DNA of 64,000 bases from an uncultured Nitrospiraceae bacterium (lineage in GTDB: Bacteria; Nitrospirota; Thermodesulfovibrionia; Thermodesulfovibrionales; SM23-35). The stretch covers positions 312,589 through 376,588 of the forward strand of contig CAVSHB010000004.1 in NCBI GenBank assembly GCA_963727775.1, given 5' to 3'. The notes under the pieces are model-generated. The model saw nothing but the letters and a program-made list of their open reading frames with translations, was not told the DNA's origin and made no database searches. A program made the position numbers and the translations under genes. This document shows, piece after piece, positions 1 through 10,871 of the stretch (position 1 is its first letter; each line of letters starts with the position of its first letter).

Positions 1-2
1 CC

Positions 3-392
3 GTAAGAAAATTGAAGAATGTCGCAAAAATCCGTTTTGTGGATGTACCGATCCATGCCGGTTCTCTCGAATATTCCGAAGTATTTCTCTATACATGGTT
101 TGAATCCGGGAACAACCTTGAAACGGCAATTAAGGTCAGGGAAATCTTATTTCAGGCCGCCGCCGCAAAAACCGACCAGAACGGTACCCTGAATATACTG
201 AAATCAAAAGGAGTTCCGTTCAAAGTTGACAAGGAAGGCGCAATAGAAATTTTCCGCAATTATTATAATCCGTTAATGAAAGGGGACAAGATCAACTCCA
301 CCCCTTCTGTGGTTATTGTAAAGGACAAGAACAGGAAAACCTATACCGGCGGGACAGATATTTTAAAAGCCCTGAATGAAATTTCATCGTAA
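3..392 (+). CDS. Thioredoxin-fold/DsbA-like protein, 5' partial
   Basis: Frame is open from the window start. The C-terminal INSTPSVVI...YTGG resembles the cis-Pro loop of DsbA/thioredoxin folds. No CxxC within the window. Confidence 0.5.
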   Translation, partial: VRKLKNVAKIRFVDVPIHAGSLEYSEVFLYTWFESGNNLETAIKVREILFQAAAAKTDQNGTLNILKSKGVPFKVDKEGAIEIFRNYYNPLMKGDKINSTPSVVIVKDKNRKTYTGGTDILKALNEISS

Positions 393-2453
393 CTCTCCGC
401 CCGTCTTATGAATGATATGACTCACGAGAGAGGCGTGAAGCTCTTCAACTTCATCGTCTCTGAGAGTCCTTTCCTTTGATCTGAATATGATATTAAACGC
501 AAGGCTCTTCTTACCGGAAGGGATGGCGCCTCCCTTGTAAGAATCAAAAACTGAAACATCCCCGATGAGTTCTGTCGGAAACTCCCTGATTATCTCCATA
601 ATCCTTGCAGAAGGGATAGTCTCATCAACCACAATAGCGACATCTCGCTCGACCGAAGGATATTTGGTAATCTGCGTGTACTGTAGCGAAGATGGGATAT
701 GACTAAAAAGCAAATCGAGATTCAGCTCGAAAAGAACAACTTCCGGCTTCTGCTTTTTCAAGTCAAGTTTTTCGATGATATCCGGGCCCATGACCCCGAG
801 ATACCCAGCGTAGATGTTTTCAATATAAATATCAGACGCCTTTCCCATATGCAGAAACGGTTCTGAAGACTGCGAGAACGAATAGTCACGGATCTTAAGC
901 TCATCGAACATTGATTCCAGAGTTCCTTTAGCCATGAAAAACCCCTCCGCATCTTCTTTCCAGAGAGAAGGATATTTGTCTTTATAATATATTCCTCCAA
1001 GTCTAAGTTCTTCCAGCGGCAGAGTCTCGCCGGCGACCTGGAATATCTTCGATATCTCAAAAAAACGTATGTCCTTACCTCCTCTGTCCATATTGAATTG
1101 CAGGTTAGCGATCAACGAAGGAATCAGTGTCGTTCTCAATAAAGACCCCTCCTGACTGAGGGGGTTATTTATTGTAATTACTCTCCTCCGTCTGTCGTTC
1201 TCCGGAATTGAAATCAGATCGAGATTTGATTTACCGATGAAGCTGTAATTAATTACTTCTGTAAAACCGGCCTTCCGCATAGCATCACGAATCCTGCTGA
1301 TAAGTGCGTTTTTATTATTCAAGCGGCCCGAAGCAAGTGGACTTCTCGGAATCGTTACAGGGATGCCGTTGTATCCGTAAATCCTTGCTATCTCTTCAGC
1401 TACATCACTTTCCCTCATGATGTCACGCCTGTGGGCCGGTGGGAATACAATAAAAACATCTCCCTTTGCTTCCGCCCGGATACCGAGCCGCTCCAGGATA
1501 TCAAGCATATTCCCATTAGAAAGGTTTATCCCTAAAACTTTATTTATCTTTTCATATCTTACCCGGACAGGTTCGGGCATATACCGAACAGGATAGATGT
1601 CGATTATTTCATGGACTGTCCCTCCGGCAATTTCACTTATCAAGAGCGCAGCCCTATTGAGCGCATTTTCCAACAACTCTATATCAGTGCCCCTCTCAAA
1701 TCTGTATGACGATTCGCTCGTAAGATTCAATATCTTCGATGTCCTCCTGATTGAAGAAGGCTCGAAATAAGCGCTCTCAAGGAAAATATTCCTTGTCTTC
1801 TCGGAAACCTCCGTTTCCGCACCGCCCATCACACCTGCAACCGCTATAGGTTTTTTCGAATCCCATATCAAAAGCGAGTCCTCTGCCACCTCACGCTGTG
1901 CGCCGTCGAGGGTCCTCATTTTAGCAGGCTCTCCATTTCCTGTTATAGTTCTTGGCGTGCCGACTATTATTTTTTTACCGCTGATTGTGTCGGCGTCAAA
2001 AGCGTGCAGTGGATGGCCAAACTCTAAAAGGACATAGTTGGTAATATCAACGATATTGTTTATAGACCGAATACCGCATTTTTCAAGCCTCGCCTTTATC
2101 CACTCAGGTGAATCCCCGACCCTGACGCTTTTAATCAGCCTTCCGGCATATCTGCAGCAGAGATCAGGGTCCCGGATCTCAATGAAAAATTCGGAAATAT
2201 GTTGTTCTTCTGTGATGTGGTGCGGCGGAATTTTCATCGGTGCTTTAAAGGCCGCAGACAATTCCCTTGCAATTCCGATCATGCTGAGGCAATCAGGCCT
2301 GTTCGGGGTCACGTTCACTTCGAAAACAATATCGTCTTTAATTTCCTCTGCGCCCTCCACTTCGAGCCCTATCATAGTTAGCTTTTCAGCCATTGCTGCA
2401 GGTGCAGCATGGATGTTTAACAGTTCTTTTATCCATTCGTACGGTACGCGCAT
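384..2453 (-). CDS. pheT: Phenylalanine--tRNA ligase beta subunit (short form lacking the B2 OB domain)
   Basis: MRVPYEWIKE start, TPNRPDCLS, DITNYVLLEFGHPLHAFD, RFERG and FDX-ACB C-terminus. ATG at 2453 preferred over the track's 2480. Confidence 0.96.
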   Translation of the reverse strand: MRVPYEWIKELLNIHAAPAAMAEKLTMIGLEVEGAEEIKDDIVFEVNVTPNRPDCLSMIGIARELSAAFKAPMKIPPHHITEEQHISEFFIEIRDPDLCCRYAGRLIKSVRVGDSPEWIKARLEKCGIRSINNIVDITNYVLLEFGHPLHAFDADTISGKKIIVGTPRTITGNGEPAKMRTLDGAQREVAEDSLLIWDSKKPIAVAGVMGGAETEVSEKTRNIFLESAYFEPSSIRRTSKILNLTSESSYRFERGTDIELLENALNRAALLISEIAGGTVHEIIDIYPVRYMPEPVRVRYEKINKVLGINLSNGNMLDILERLGIRAEAKGDVFIVFPPAHRRDIMRESDVAEEIARIYGYNGIPVTIPRSPLASGRLNNKNALISRIRDAMRKAGFTEVINYSFIGKSNLDLISIPENDRRRRVITINNPLSQEGSLLRTTLIPSLIANLQFNMDRGGKDIRFFEISKIFQVAGETLPLEELRLGGIYYKDKYPSLWKEDAEGFFMAKGTLESMFDELKIRDYSFSQSSEPFLHMGKASDIYIENIYAGYLGVMGPDIIEKLDLKKQKPEVVLFELNLDLLFSHIPSSLQYTQITKYPSVERDVAIVVDETIPSARIMEIIREFPTELIGDVSVFDSYKGGAIPSGKKSLAFNIIFRSKERTLRDDEVEELHASLVSHIIHKTGGELR

Positions 2454-2460
2454 GGTGTGT

Positions 2461-2490
2461 ATTATAGCCCCGCCGGACAAGGAATGACAA
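2461..2490 (-). promoter_or_regulatory. Sigma70 promoter of pheT (probably leaderless)
   Basis: Minus strand TTGTCA-18-TATAAT, then 7 nt to ATG. No Shine-Dalgarno (SD). Confidence 0.6.
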
Positions 2491-2565
2491 GCTTGATTTC
2501 CGCTCGTTCCTGCAGAAGAATATTTGTTATAATTTAATTAATGGTTGTGTCGCAAATTGCATAGA

Positions 2566-4557
2566 ATGAATGACCTCAAGAAAACAAAAGAGCAGCTTTT
2601 GCTCGAATTGGCTGAATTGCGTAAAAGGATTTCCGGGCTGGTAATATCGGAAGTTGAATACGGACACGCACGGGAAGCATTGCGGCAATCCGAGAAAAGA
2701 TTCAAAACCCTTTTTGATAACGTTGGCGCTGCCGTATTTATACATGATATTGAAGGGCGCTTTCTTGAGTGTAACCGGTTTTTTTGTGAGCGTTTCGGTT
2801 ACAGCCTGGAAGAATTATTGAAGATGACGCTTAAGGATATAAACACGCCCAGGAATATTGCTCTTATGCCTGAAAGATTAAAGATGCTGCTTCAGCAGAG
2901 GCATATCGTTTTCGAGTCTGCATATGTAAGGAAAGACGGCGCAACCATTCCGGTTGAGGTGAATAACCGTCTTGTCGATTTTTCCGGTAACCACGTTGTG
3001 CTGAGCAGCGCGCGTGACATAACCAGACGCAAGCGCGCCGAGCAGATAATGAAAGAAAGTGAAGCACGCTACAGGAACCTCTTCGAAAATGCTCACGATA
3101 TGATCCAGAGTATTTCGCCGGACGGTCATTTCATATACGTGAACCCGGCATGGTTAAAAACGATGGGGTATATATGGGAAGAACTTCAGGAACTCACTAT
3201 CTTTGACGTCCTTCACCCCGGCTTCAGCTCCCACTGCACTGAACTTTTTCAAAAGGCGATGTCGGGAGAATCTTTAGATAATATAGAAGTTGTATTCCTG
3301 TCAAAAGACGGCAGGCAGATCAATATCGAAGGGAATGTGAGCACAAGGATAATAGACGGGAAACCCGTCGCCTGTTATGGTATATTCCGCGATATGACGG
3401 AGCACAAGCGCCTTGAAGAACAACTCTTCCAAGCACAGAAGATGGAGGCGGTCGGCCAGCTTGCCGGCGGTATAGCGCACGACTTCAACAATCTGCTGAC
3501 TGCAATCATAGGCTATGGAAGTCTTCTGAAAACCGAGGTGAGTAAAGACACACTTTTGAATTCATACATCACTCAGATATTGAATGCGGGAGAAAGGGCC
3601 GCGCTTCTTACCAATGACCTGCTCACTTTCAGCAGAAAACAGATCATCAACCCCAAGCCCGTTAATCTGAATGAGATCATTAGGGAGGTAAGGACCCTGA
3701 TATCCAGGATTATCGGTGAAGATATAGAAATTTCGACTGCTCTCACCGATAAGGACTTAATGATTATGGCAGACTCGCCGCAGATAGAACAGGTCTTAAT
3801 GAACCTTGTTGCAAACGCAAGGGACGCTATGCCCGACGGCGGAAATGTAGTCATCGGCACCGATGTTATAGAATTGGACAGTGAGTTCATAAAAGCACAT
3901 GGATACGGCAGGCCTGGTTCGTATGCCGTTCTTTCGTTTGAGGATTCAGGAACGGGAATGGATGAAAAAACCAGGGAAAGGATATTCGAACCTTTCTTCA
4001 CCACCAAGGCGGTCGGCAAAGGCACAGGTCTCGGGCTTTCAATGGTATACGGCATAGTCAAGCAGCACGGCGGTTATATCAATGTATACAGCGAGTCCGG
4101 CAGGGGCACCACATTCAGGGTCTATCTGCCCGTAATCGCAAAAAAAGCGGAAGAAGCAAAGCACGGGGACTTCTCCAGCATGCCCACCGGCCATGAGACC
4201 ATCTTGTTAGGCGAGGACGATACACAGGCAAGAAACCTCATGAAAGACGTGCTGCTGAAAGCCGGATATGAGATTATGGAGGCAGTCGATGGAGATGATT
4301 CACTCAGGGTCTATCATGAGCACAAGGACAGGATACAGCTTCTGATTCTCGACGTCATCATGCCTAAGAAAAACGGCAAGGAAGTATATGACGAGATATG
4401 CATGAATACACCCGGGATCAAGACCATATTTGTCAGCGGGTACAGTGCGGATATAATCCACAAGAAAAGGATACTGGAAGAAGGCTTGCACTTTATCTCC
4501 AAACCCGTTTCGCCGGGAGAGCTTTTGACAAAAATAAGAGAAGTGCTTGATCAATAA
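2566..4557 (+). CDS. PAS-PAS hybrid sensor histidine kinase/receiver (CckA-like architecture)
   Basis: Two PAS domains, H-box [30 protein letters not shown], and a receiver domain (LILDVIMP). Confidence 0.92.
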   Translation: MNDLKKTKEQLLLELAELRKRISGLVISEVEYGHAREALRQSEKRFKTLFDNVGAAVFIHDIEGRFLECNRFFCERFGYSLEELLKMTLKDINTPRNIALMPERLKMLLQQRHIVFESAYVRKDGATIPVEVNNRLVDFSGNHVVLSSARDITRRKRAEQIMKESEARYRNLFENAHDMIQSISPDGHFIYVNPAWLKTMGYIWEELQELTIFDVLHPGFSSHCTELFQKAMSGESLDNIEVVFLSKDGRQINIEGNVSTRIIDGKPVACYGIFRDMTEHKRLEEQLFQAQKMEAVGQLAGGIAHDFNNLLTAIIGYGSLLKTEVSKDTLLNSYITQILNAGERAALLTNDLLTFSRKQIINPKPVNLNEIIREVRTLISRIIGEDIEISTALTDKDLMIMADSPQIEQVLMNLVANARDAMPDGGNVVIGTDVIELDSEFIKAHGYGRPGSYAVLSFEDSGTGMDEKTRERIFEPFFTTKAVGKGTGLGLSMVYGIVKQHGGYINVYSESGRGTTFRVYLPVIAKKAEEAKHGDFSSMPTGHETILLGEDDTQARNLMKDVLLKAGYEIMEAVDGDDSLRVYHEHKDRIQLLILDVIMPKKNGKEVYDEICMNTPGIKTIFVSGYSADIIHKKRILEEGLHFISKPVSPGELLTKIREVLDQ

Positions 4558-4576
4558 AAATATCTATTGAATAGCG

Positions 4577-5590
4577 TCAGAATTGTCTCAGAAAACGCAT
4601 ATCATTTTCGAAGAACAGCCTTATATCATCTATCGAATATTTAAGCATGGTTATTCGCTCAACTCCCATCCCGAATGCGAATCCCGAATAGATCTCGGGA
4701 TCATATCCAACCATTTCAAATACCCGGGGATTTATCATTCCGGCGCCCAATATTTCAAGCCATCCGGTGTTCTTGCATACCCGGCATCCCTTGCCGGAAC
4801 AGAATATGCAGCCTATATCAACCTCGGCGCTCGGTTCAGTGAAAGGGAAAAAACTCGGCCTGAATCTTACGGGAGTTTCGGAGCTGAAAATGCTGTGGAT
4901 AAATAACTCCAGCACTCCTTTCAGGTCGCTGAAGCATATATCCGTATCGACCATGAACCCTTCTACCTGATGAAACATGGGGGTGTGGGACACATCAGCA
5001 TCGCACCGGTAAACCTTTCCCGGCGCGATGATCTTCAAAGGGGGCCTTCTTTGTTCCATAACTCTTATCTGGACGGGCGAGGTATGGGTCCTCATCACAA
5101 CATCTTCCGAGATATAGAATGTATCCTGCATGTCTCTTGCAGGATGGTTTTTAGGCATGTTTAACGCTTCAAAATTATAATAGTCGAGCTCCACCTCGGG
5201 GCCCTCTTCAATCTCAAATCCCATGGAGATAAAGATACGCGTAATTTCTGAAAGTGCTTTATTAATAGGATGTTCCCTGCCGAAAGGTGTAAATTTTCCG
5301 GGCAGGGTTATATCTATGGCCTCCGCCAGGACGCGTTTCTTATGTTCTTCCCTCGTCAGCAACGCTTCCGTATGGTCGATCATTTCTTCGATATGCCTTT
5401 TGACTTCGTTTATTTCCTTACCGTAGGCAGGTCTCAGATCAGGAGGGATTGAGGAAAGGGCCTTGAGCTTTGAAGTGACAAGACCCTTTTTTCCTAAGTA
5501 TTTTACTTTCAGTTGTTGAAGTTCAGGCGGGGAGTTTGCTTCTCGTAATTCATTCTTAAATGAATCTTTTAGAGAAAGGATGTCCTCCAC
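4577..5590 (-). CDS. pheS: Phenylalanine--tRNA ligase alpha subunit
   Basis: [35 protein letters not shown] motifs. Confidence 0.98.
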   Translation of the reverse strand: MEDILSLKDSFKNELREANSPPELQQLKVKYLGKKGLVTSKLKALSSIPPDLRPAYGKEINEVKRHIEEMIDHTEALLTREEHKKRVLAEAIDITLPGKFTPFGREHPINKALSEITRIFISMGFEIEEGPEVELDYYNFEALNMPKNHPARDMQDTFYISEDVVMRTHTSPVQIRVMEQRRPPLKIIAPGKVYRCDADVSHTPMFHQVEGFMVDTDICFSDLKGVLELFIHSIFSSETPVRFRPSFFPFTEPSAEVDIGCIFCSGKGCRVCKNTGWLEILGAGMINPRVFEMVGYDPEIYSGFAFGMGVERITMLKYSIDDIRLFFENDMRFLRQF

Positions 5591-5597
5591 TTCTTGC

Positions 5598-5945
5598 TTA
5601 GCTTCTTACTTTTTCCACAAGCTGGTTGAACGCGGACGGGTCATTGTAAGCCATGTCGGCCAAAGACTTCCTGTTCAATGCAATGTTCGCTTTCTTCAAT
5701 CCCGATATGAATTGGCTGTAAGTCAGTCCGAAAGAGCGAACAGCAGCGTTAATCCTTATGTTCCACAGTGCCCTGAACTCGCGCTTTTTGTTTTTCCGGT
5801 CCCTGTATGCGTATTGCATAGCTTTATCGACCGCTTCAGTTGCAATCCTGTAAAGACGGCTTTTGGCGCCATAATAGCCTTTAGCCTTATCTAATATCTT
5901 TTTTCTTCTTCTTCTTGTTTTAAATCCACCCTTTGCCCTTGGCAT
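5598..5945 (-). CDS. rplT: 50S ribosomal protein L20
   Basis: [25 protein letters not shown]; operon position. Confidence 0.98.
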   Translation of the reverse strand: MPRAKGGFKTRRRRKKILDKAKGYYGAKSRLYRIATEAVDKAMQYAYRDRKNKKREFRALWNIRINAAVRSFGLTYSQFISGLKKANIALNRKSLADMAYNDPSAFNQLVEKVRS

Positions 5946-5987
5946 CTATTCCTCCTAACTCTCACAACTTTTTAGCTCTCAGCTTTT

Positions 5988-6185
5988 TTATAAATACGGT
6001 AAAAGCCTTTTTATATTAGCATATTCGCTATCGGAAACTAAAGAAGCTTTTCTCAGGCTTCTCGTTCTTTTGGCCGGCTTACCCGTGAGAAGATGGCTCT
6101 TATAACCGCTCCACCTTTTTATCTTCCCGGTACCGGTAATCTTAAATCTCTTCGCAGCCCCTCTATGGGTTTTAAGCTTCGGCAT
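5988..6185 (-). CDS. rpmI: 50S ribosomal protein L35
   Basis: [22 protein letters not shown] before the ATG at 6185. Confidence 0.97.
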   Translation of the reverse strand: MPKLKTHRGAAKRFKITGTGKIKRWSGYKSHLLTGKPAKRTRSLRKASLVSDSEYANIKRLLPYL

Positions 6186-6323
6186 CTTGTCCTCCTTAAC
6201 CTTAGTAATCAAAATTGCGGCATCTAATATCAGACTAACTACGAAATCAAGCTTTGTATTATAACCGATTATAAAAAAAATTACCCGGAATTTATTTGGA
6301 AATTTATATTCGAATTTAGATTT

Positions 6324-6821
6324 TTATGCTTTCGGAGCAATAACCATCGTCACATGATTACCTTCCAACTTCGGTGACTGTTCTACATTAAACTTTCCGG
6401 TAAGTGATTGTGTCAGCTTAGTGAATACCTTAAGCCCGAGTTCCGGCCGTACGACTTCCCTGCCCCTGAAAAACATTGTCACTTTGGCCTTATTGCCGTC
6501 ATCAAGAAAACGTCTTATGTTCTTTACCTTAAGACCGAGGTCGTGCTCTGTTATTTGAGGCCTGATCTTAATCTCCTTAACGCTCATCGTCTTTTTCTGT
6601 GCCTGTTTCTTGGTTAACTGATACCTGTATTTGCCGAAATCAAGTATCTTGCAGACCGGCGGAACGACATTCGGAGCAACTTCTACAAGGTCGAGTTCCC
6701 TTTGATCAGCTATCTTCAGCGCCTCACTGGTAGGCAGGACCCCCAGCTGATCTCCATTCGCATCTACCACTCTTACTTCCCTGGCCCTTATCTGTTCGTT
6801 GACTCTGATATCTTTTGTTAT
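6324..6821 (-). CDS. infC: Translation initiation factor IF-3, AUA start
   Basis: SD AGGAGGTGA, then ATA ACA AAA GAT ATC AGA GTC AAC (RVNEQIRA motif), in frame with the ORF-track protein (DLVEVAP, FRGRE). Confidence 0.95.
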   Translation of the reverse strand: MTKDIRVNEQIRAREVRVVDANGDQLGVLPTSEALKIADQRELDLVEVAPNVVPPVCKILDFGKYRYQLTKKQAQKKTMSVKEIKIRPQITEHDLGLKVKNIRRFLDDGNKAKVTMFFRGREVVRPELGLKVFTKLTQSLTGKFNVEQSPKLEGNHVTMVIAPKA

Positions 6822-6838
6822 ACTCTCACCTCCTGATA

Positions 6839-8590
6839 TTAGAACTCAAGACTCTTGTCGTTTATCTTGTTTCTGATTATCCCAATAAATTCATCTACTG
6901 TAAAGGGTCCCATGTTTTCTCCTGAGCGCTTCCTCACGGTAATCCCGTTTTCCGATATTTCTTTGTCGCCTATTATAACCAAATAAGGCACCTTCATAAC
7001 AGTTGCGTTTCTAATCTTATATCCGATCTTTTCATTTTCAATATTTATCTCGGCCCTTATTCCTTCAGACTTTAACTTCTCCGATATGGACAGCGCATAA
7101 TCCTGGTGCCTCTCGGCAATTGTGAGGACCTCGACCTGCACGGGCGCCAGCCACAAAGGGAAAATCCCGGAATAATGCTCTATCAGTACCCCGAAAAATC
7201 TCTCCAGCGAACCCATCAACGCCCTGTGTATCATTATCGGTCTGTGCTCTTTCCCGTCGCTCCCCCGATATTGCATATCAAACCTTTCGGGATTATTGAA
7301 ATCGACCTGTATGGTGCTGCATTGCCATGCCCTGTTCAGGGAATCTTTGACCTTAATATCAATTTTAGGGCCATAGAAAACTCCTTCTCCGGGATCTATT
7401 TCATATGAAAGCTTTTTCATTTCGAGTGCCCTTTTAAGGGCATTAGTAGACCTCTCCCAATTTTCAGGGGTCCCGACATATTTCTCAGGCTGCGTCGAAA
7501 GGTAGATATCATAATTATCGAAACCAAAGGTCTTCAGGACAAGGATCGTAAAATCGAGGACACTCAGTATTTCGTCTTCTATCTGTTCTTCCCTGCAGAA
7601 TATATGTGCGTCATCCTGCGTAAAACCTCTTACCCGCAACAGGCCGTGCAATACGCCCGACCTTTCATATCTGTATACAGTCCCCAGTTCTGCATATCGT
7701 ATCGGCAGTTCCTTGTAACTCCTCAAAGAATTCTTAAATACCTGGATATGGAAGGGACAATTCATCGGCTTAAGCTCATAATCCACCCCTTCTATCTCCA
7801 TCGGCGAATACATATTCTCTCTGTAAAAATCGAGGTGGCCGCTCCTCTGCCAAAGATTAAGCTTGGCTATATGAGGAGAATACAGAATTTTGTATCCTGA
7901 CTTATAGTGCTCTTTCAGCCAGAAATCTTCTATCGTCCTCCTTATTAAGGCGCCGTTCGGATGCCAGATGATAAGTCCCGCCCCTATTTCATCATTGACA
8001 CTGAAGAGATCGAGTTCTTTGCCGAGCTTCCTGTGGTCCCTCTTTTTCACTTCTTCGAGGAAATCAAGGTATTGTTTCAGGTCCTTCTTTTCAGTGAAGG
8101 ACGTGCCGTATATCCTCTGGAGCATCTTATTCTTTTCATTGCCCCGCCAGTATGCGCCTGCTATACTCAAAAGCTTGAATGCGGAGACCTGTCCCGTAGA
8201 GCCGAGGTGCGGGCCTCTGCAAAGGTCTGTAAAATCGCCTTCTTCATATAAAGAAACTTTATCGTCGGTTATCTCTTCCAGAAGTTCTACCTTATAAATC
8301 TCGCCCATTTTTCTGAACATCTCGACGGCTTCTTTTCGCGGAACAATCTTGCGCACAAAATTATTATTCCGCGCTATTATTTCCGACATTTTTTTCTCGA
8401 TTATAATAAGATCTTCAGGCGTGAAGGGTTGGCCTATTTCAAAATCATAATAGAACCCTTCTTCTATCGCGGGGCCGATGGCAAGCTTCGCTTCGGGAAA
8501 GAGCATCTTCACAGCATGGGCCATTATGTGGGATGTGCTGTGACGGTAAGTCTCTCTGTCTTCCTTGGAATGAAAACTGATACCCTTAAT
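6839..8590 (-). CDS. thrS: Threonine--tRNA ligase (no N-terminal TGS domain; probable AUU start)
   Basis: RHSTSHIMAHAV, DLCRGPH, KPMNCP, LRVRGFTQDDAH, MIHRAL. The conserved RHSTSH lies upstream of the first ATG (8524). GGAGG-7nt-ATT at 8590 directly follows an in-frame TGA. Confidence 0.93.
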   Translation of the reverse strand: MKGISFHSKEDRETYRHSTSHIMAHAVKMLFPEAKLAIGPAIEEGFYYDFEIGQPFTPEDLIIIEKKMSEIIARNNNFVRKIVPRKEAVEMFRKMGEIYKVELLEEITDDKVSLYEEGDFTDLCRGPHLGSTGQVSAFKLLSIAGAYWRGNEKNKMLQRIYGTSFTEKKDLKQYLDFLEEVKKRDHRKLGKELDLFSVNDEIGAGLIIWHPNGALIRRTIEDFWLKEHYKSGYKILYSPHIAKLNLWQRSGHLDFYRENMYSPMEIEGVDYELKPMNCPFHIQVFKNSLRSYKELPIRYAELGTVYRYERSGVLHGLLRVRGFTQDDAHIFCREEQIEDEILSVLDFTILVLKTFGFDNYDIYLSTQPEKYVGTPENWERSTNALKRALEMKKLSYEIDPGEGVFYGPKIDIKVKDSLNRAWQCSTIQVDFNNPERFDMQYRGSDGKEHRPIMIHRALMGSLERFFGVLIEHYSGIFPLWLAPVQVEVLTIAERHQDYALSISEKLKSEGIRAEINIENEKIGYKIRNATVMKVPYLVIIGDKEISENGITVRKRSGENMGPFTVDEFIGIIRNKINDKSLEF

Positions 8591-8810
8591 TCAAAAACCT
8601 CCGGGGAAAAATTACGTGGGATATTCTCACCACTTGACCACTTATATTACACATTTCATTTCTATATTTCAAAATCCTTTTGCCTTATACCTTTTATACG
8701 ACCTGCAAAAAGGTAACAAGAGCATAAAATTTTACATCGTCACTATCCAGCCAGTCAAGAAAATTCGGCCTTCTTCGGTATATATTTATGTAAATGTTTT
8801 ATAATAAAAC

Positions 8811-9332
8811 ATGGCTTTGCTTGAGATTAAGAAATATCCGGAAAAAGTCTTAAAGGCAAAAACTGAGGATATCGTCGATATTAATTCGCCGGTCCAGCAG
8901 TTGATAGATGATATGATTGAGACCATGAAATTTGCGTGTGGAGTAGGGCTCGCCGCAAACCAGGTCGGTGTCTCAAAAAAGTTATGCGTGATCGATCTCG
9001 GCGCCAGAGAAGACAAAGTCCCGTTGATAGTATTGATCAACCCCGTTATTGCTGAAAAAGAAGGATTGGTTGAAGCCGATGAAGGATGCCTGAGTATACC
9101 AGGTTATCTGACATCCATTAAGAGGCCGGAGAAGGTTTTGGTAAAGGGTATCAATAGAGAGGGCAAGGACATCGAAATAGAAGGCACTGGTCTGCTTGCC
9201 AGGGCACTGCAGCATGAAATAGACCACCTTAACGGGCTTCTTTTTATCGACAGGATGAGTCCGATAAGAAGAGAGTTTTTCAAAAGGCGATACAAAAAGT
9301 TTCTGCAGGAAAAAAAGTCTCAAAATAGTTAA
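8811..9332 (+). CDS. def: Peptide deformylase
   Basis: GVGLAANQVG, EGCLS, QHEIDHLNG. Confidence 0.97.
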   Translation: MALLEIKKYPEKVLKAKTEDIVDINSPVQQLIDDMIETMKFACGVGLAANQVGVSKKLCVIDLGAREDKVPLIVLINPVIAEKEGLVEADEGCLSIPGYLTSIKRPEKVLVKGINREGKDIEIEGTGLLARALQHEIDHLNGLLFIDRMSPIRREFFKRRYKKFLQEKKSQNS

Positions 9333-9394
9333 CAATATAACGATGAATCAAAAAATAAAATTTCCTTACAATACAATTATCATAATTTAATAAA

Positions 9395-10318
9395 ATGCGT
9401 ATAGTATTTTTCGGCACGCCTCTATTTGCTGTTCCGACCTTTAGTGCACTCCTCCAATCAGATGAAAAGGTCATCGCAGTTGTCACACAGCCTGATAAAC
9501 GGAAAGGAAGAGACCGCATGCCGTCCCCTTCTCCCGTCAAAGGACTCGCTATGTTAAAAGGCATTAAGGTCCTCCAGCCGGCTAATATGAAAGACCCTGC
9601 ATTCATCCAGGAACTTTCCTTAATAGGGCCGGAAATGATCATCGTTGTGGCATATGGAAAGATACTGCCTCCGCAAATACTGAAACTTCCTCCGCGCGGA
9701 TGCGTAAATGTCCATGCATCTCTCTTGCCGAAATATAGAGGGGCGGCCCCGATACAGTGGGCGCTTATTCACGGAGAAAAAACGACAGGCATAACCACAA
9801 TGCTCATGGATGAAGGCCTTGACACCGGCGATATCCTGCTGCAGGCGATGACGGACATATTCGATGACGATAACGCGGACACCCTGAGTAAAAGAGTCTC
9901 GGAGATAGGCGCTTCCCTGCTTATTAAGACGATAGAAAAAATTGAAGACGGATCTCTGAACCCGGCGCCTCAGACCGGGGTCCCGAGCTACGCCCCTCCC
10001 CTTAAGACAAAGGACGGAAGAATCGACTGGACACATACTGCCGAAGATATTATTAATTTTGTGCGGGGGATGTATCCCTGGCCCTGCGCACATTGTTATT
10101 TAAATGGAGAAAGGATTAAAATTATCAGGGTTAAAATGCTTGAAGGTACTGGCAAAGCCGGCAGGATTGAGGAAGCCGGAGAGGAACTTATCGTGGGTAC
10201 CGGCGAAAAATTAATCTCTGTGCTTGAGCTTCAGCCTGAAGGTAAAAAGCTGATGTCCGCCAGAGACTTCCTCCGTGGAAAAAGATTGCAAAAGGGCATT
10301 TTTTTCGATGGGCCGTAA
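9395..10318 (+). CDS. fmt: Methionyl-tRNA formyltransferase
   Basis: VFFGTP, NVHASLLPKYRGAAPI, GLDTGD; follows def. Confidence 0.97.
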   Translation: MRIVFFGTPLFAVPTFSALLQSDEKVIAVVTQPDKRKGRDRMPSPSPVKGLAMLKGIKVLQPANMKDPAFIQELSLIGPEMIIVVAYGKILPPQILKLPPRGCVNVHASLLPKYRGAAPIQWALIHGEKTTGITTMLMDEGLDTGDILLQAMTDIFDDDNADTLSKRVSEIGASLLIKTIEKIEDGSLNPAPQTGVPSYAPPLKTKDGRIDWTHTAEDIINFVRGMYPWPCAHCYLNGERIKIIRVKMLEGTGKAGRIEEAGEELIVGTGEKLISVLELQPEGKKLMSARDFLRGKRLQKGIFFDGP

Positions 10319-10847
10319 GTGGATCAGGGGTATTACCCTTAAAATACTATATCCCTTTCTAATGTCTGTAGGATCTTTACGGAAAAACAAGAAAGAGACT
10401 TACCAGAGGTTTATCATTGACCTCAATAATAAGCTGGTCAAAAGAGAGAAGCCTGATGTAAAAAAGATACTCCTTCTCCTGCCGCACTGCATTCAGATAA
10501 ATGACTGCGATATCAGGCTTACTTATAACATAAATAATTGTAAAAGATGCGGGAAATGCGGGATCAGGGACTTAATCCAGATTACGGAAGAAAACCATAT
10601 AACCCTTTTTGTCGCAACAGGAGGTTCTCTTGCACGGAGGATCATCAGTGATGTAAAGCCGGAGGCAGTGGTCGCGGTGGCCTGCGAAAATGACCTGAGC
10701 GGCGGGATCGTCGATACATATCCTTTACCGATACTGGGGATAATAAACGACCGACCCTTCGGGCCATGCGTTAACACCAGAGTTGACTTATCCAAAGTAA
10801 GAAAAGCAATAGAATTTTTTGGTAAGATTGATAAATCTCAAGTATGA
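10308..10847 (+). CDS. DUF116-family Cys-rich protein
   Basis: LLLPHC...CKRCGKC, VATGGS, AVACENDL, GPCVNT; typical neighbour of fmt. Confidence 0.8.
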   Translation: MGRKWIRGITLKILYPFLMSVGSLRKNKKETYQRFIIDLNNKLVKREKPDVKKILLLLPHCIQINDCDIRLTYNINNCKRCGKCGIRDLIQITEENHITLFVATGGSLARRIISDVKPEAVVAVACENDLSGGIVDTYPLPILGIINDRPFGPCVNTRVDLSKVRKAIEFFGKIDKSQV

Positions 10848-10871
10848 TTTTGAAGAACCCTTAATAAAAAA

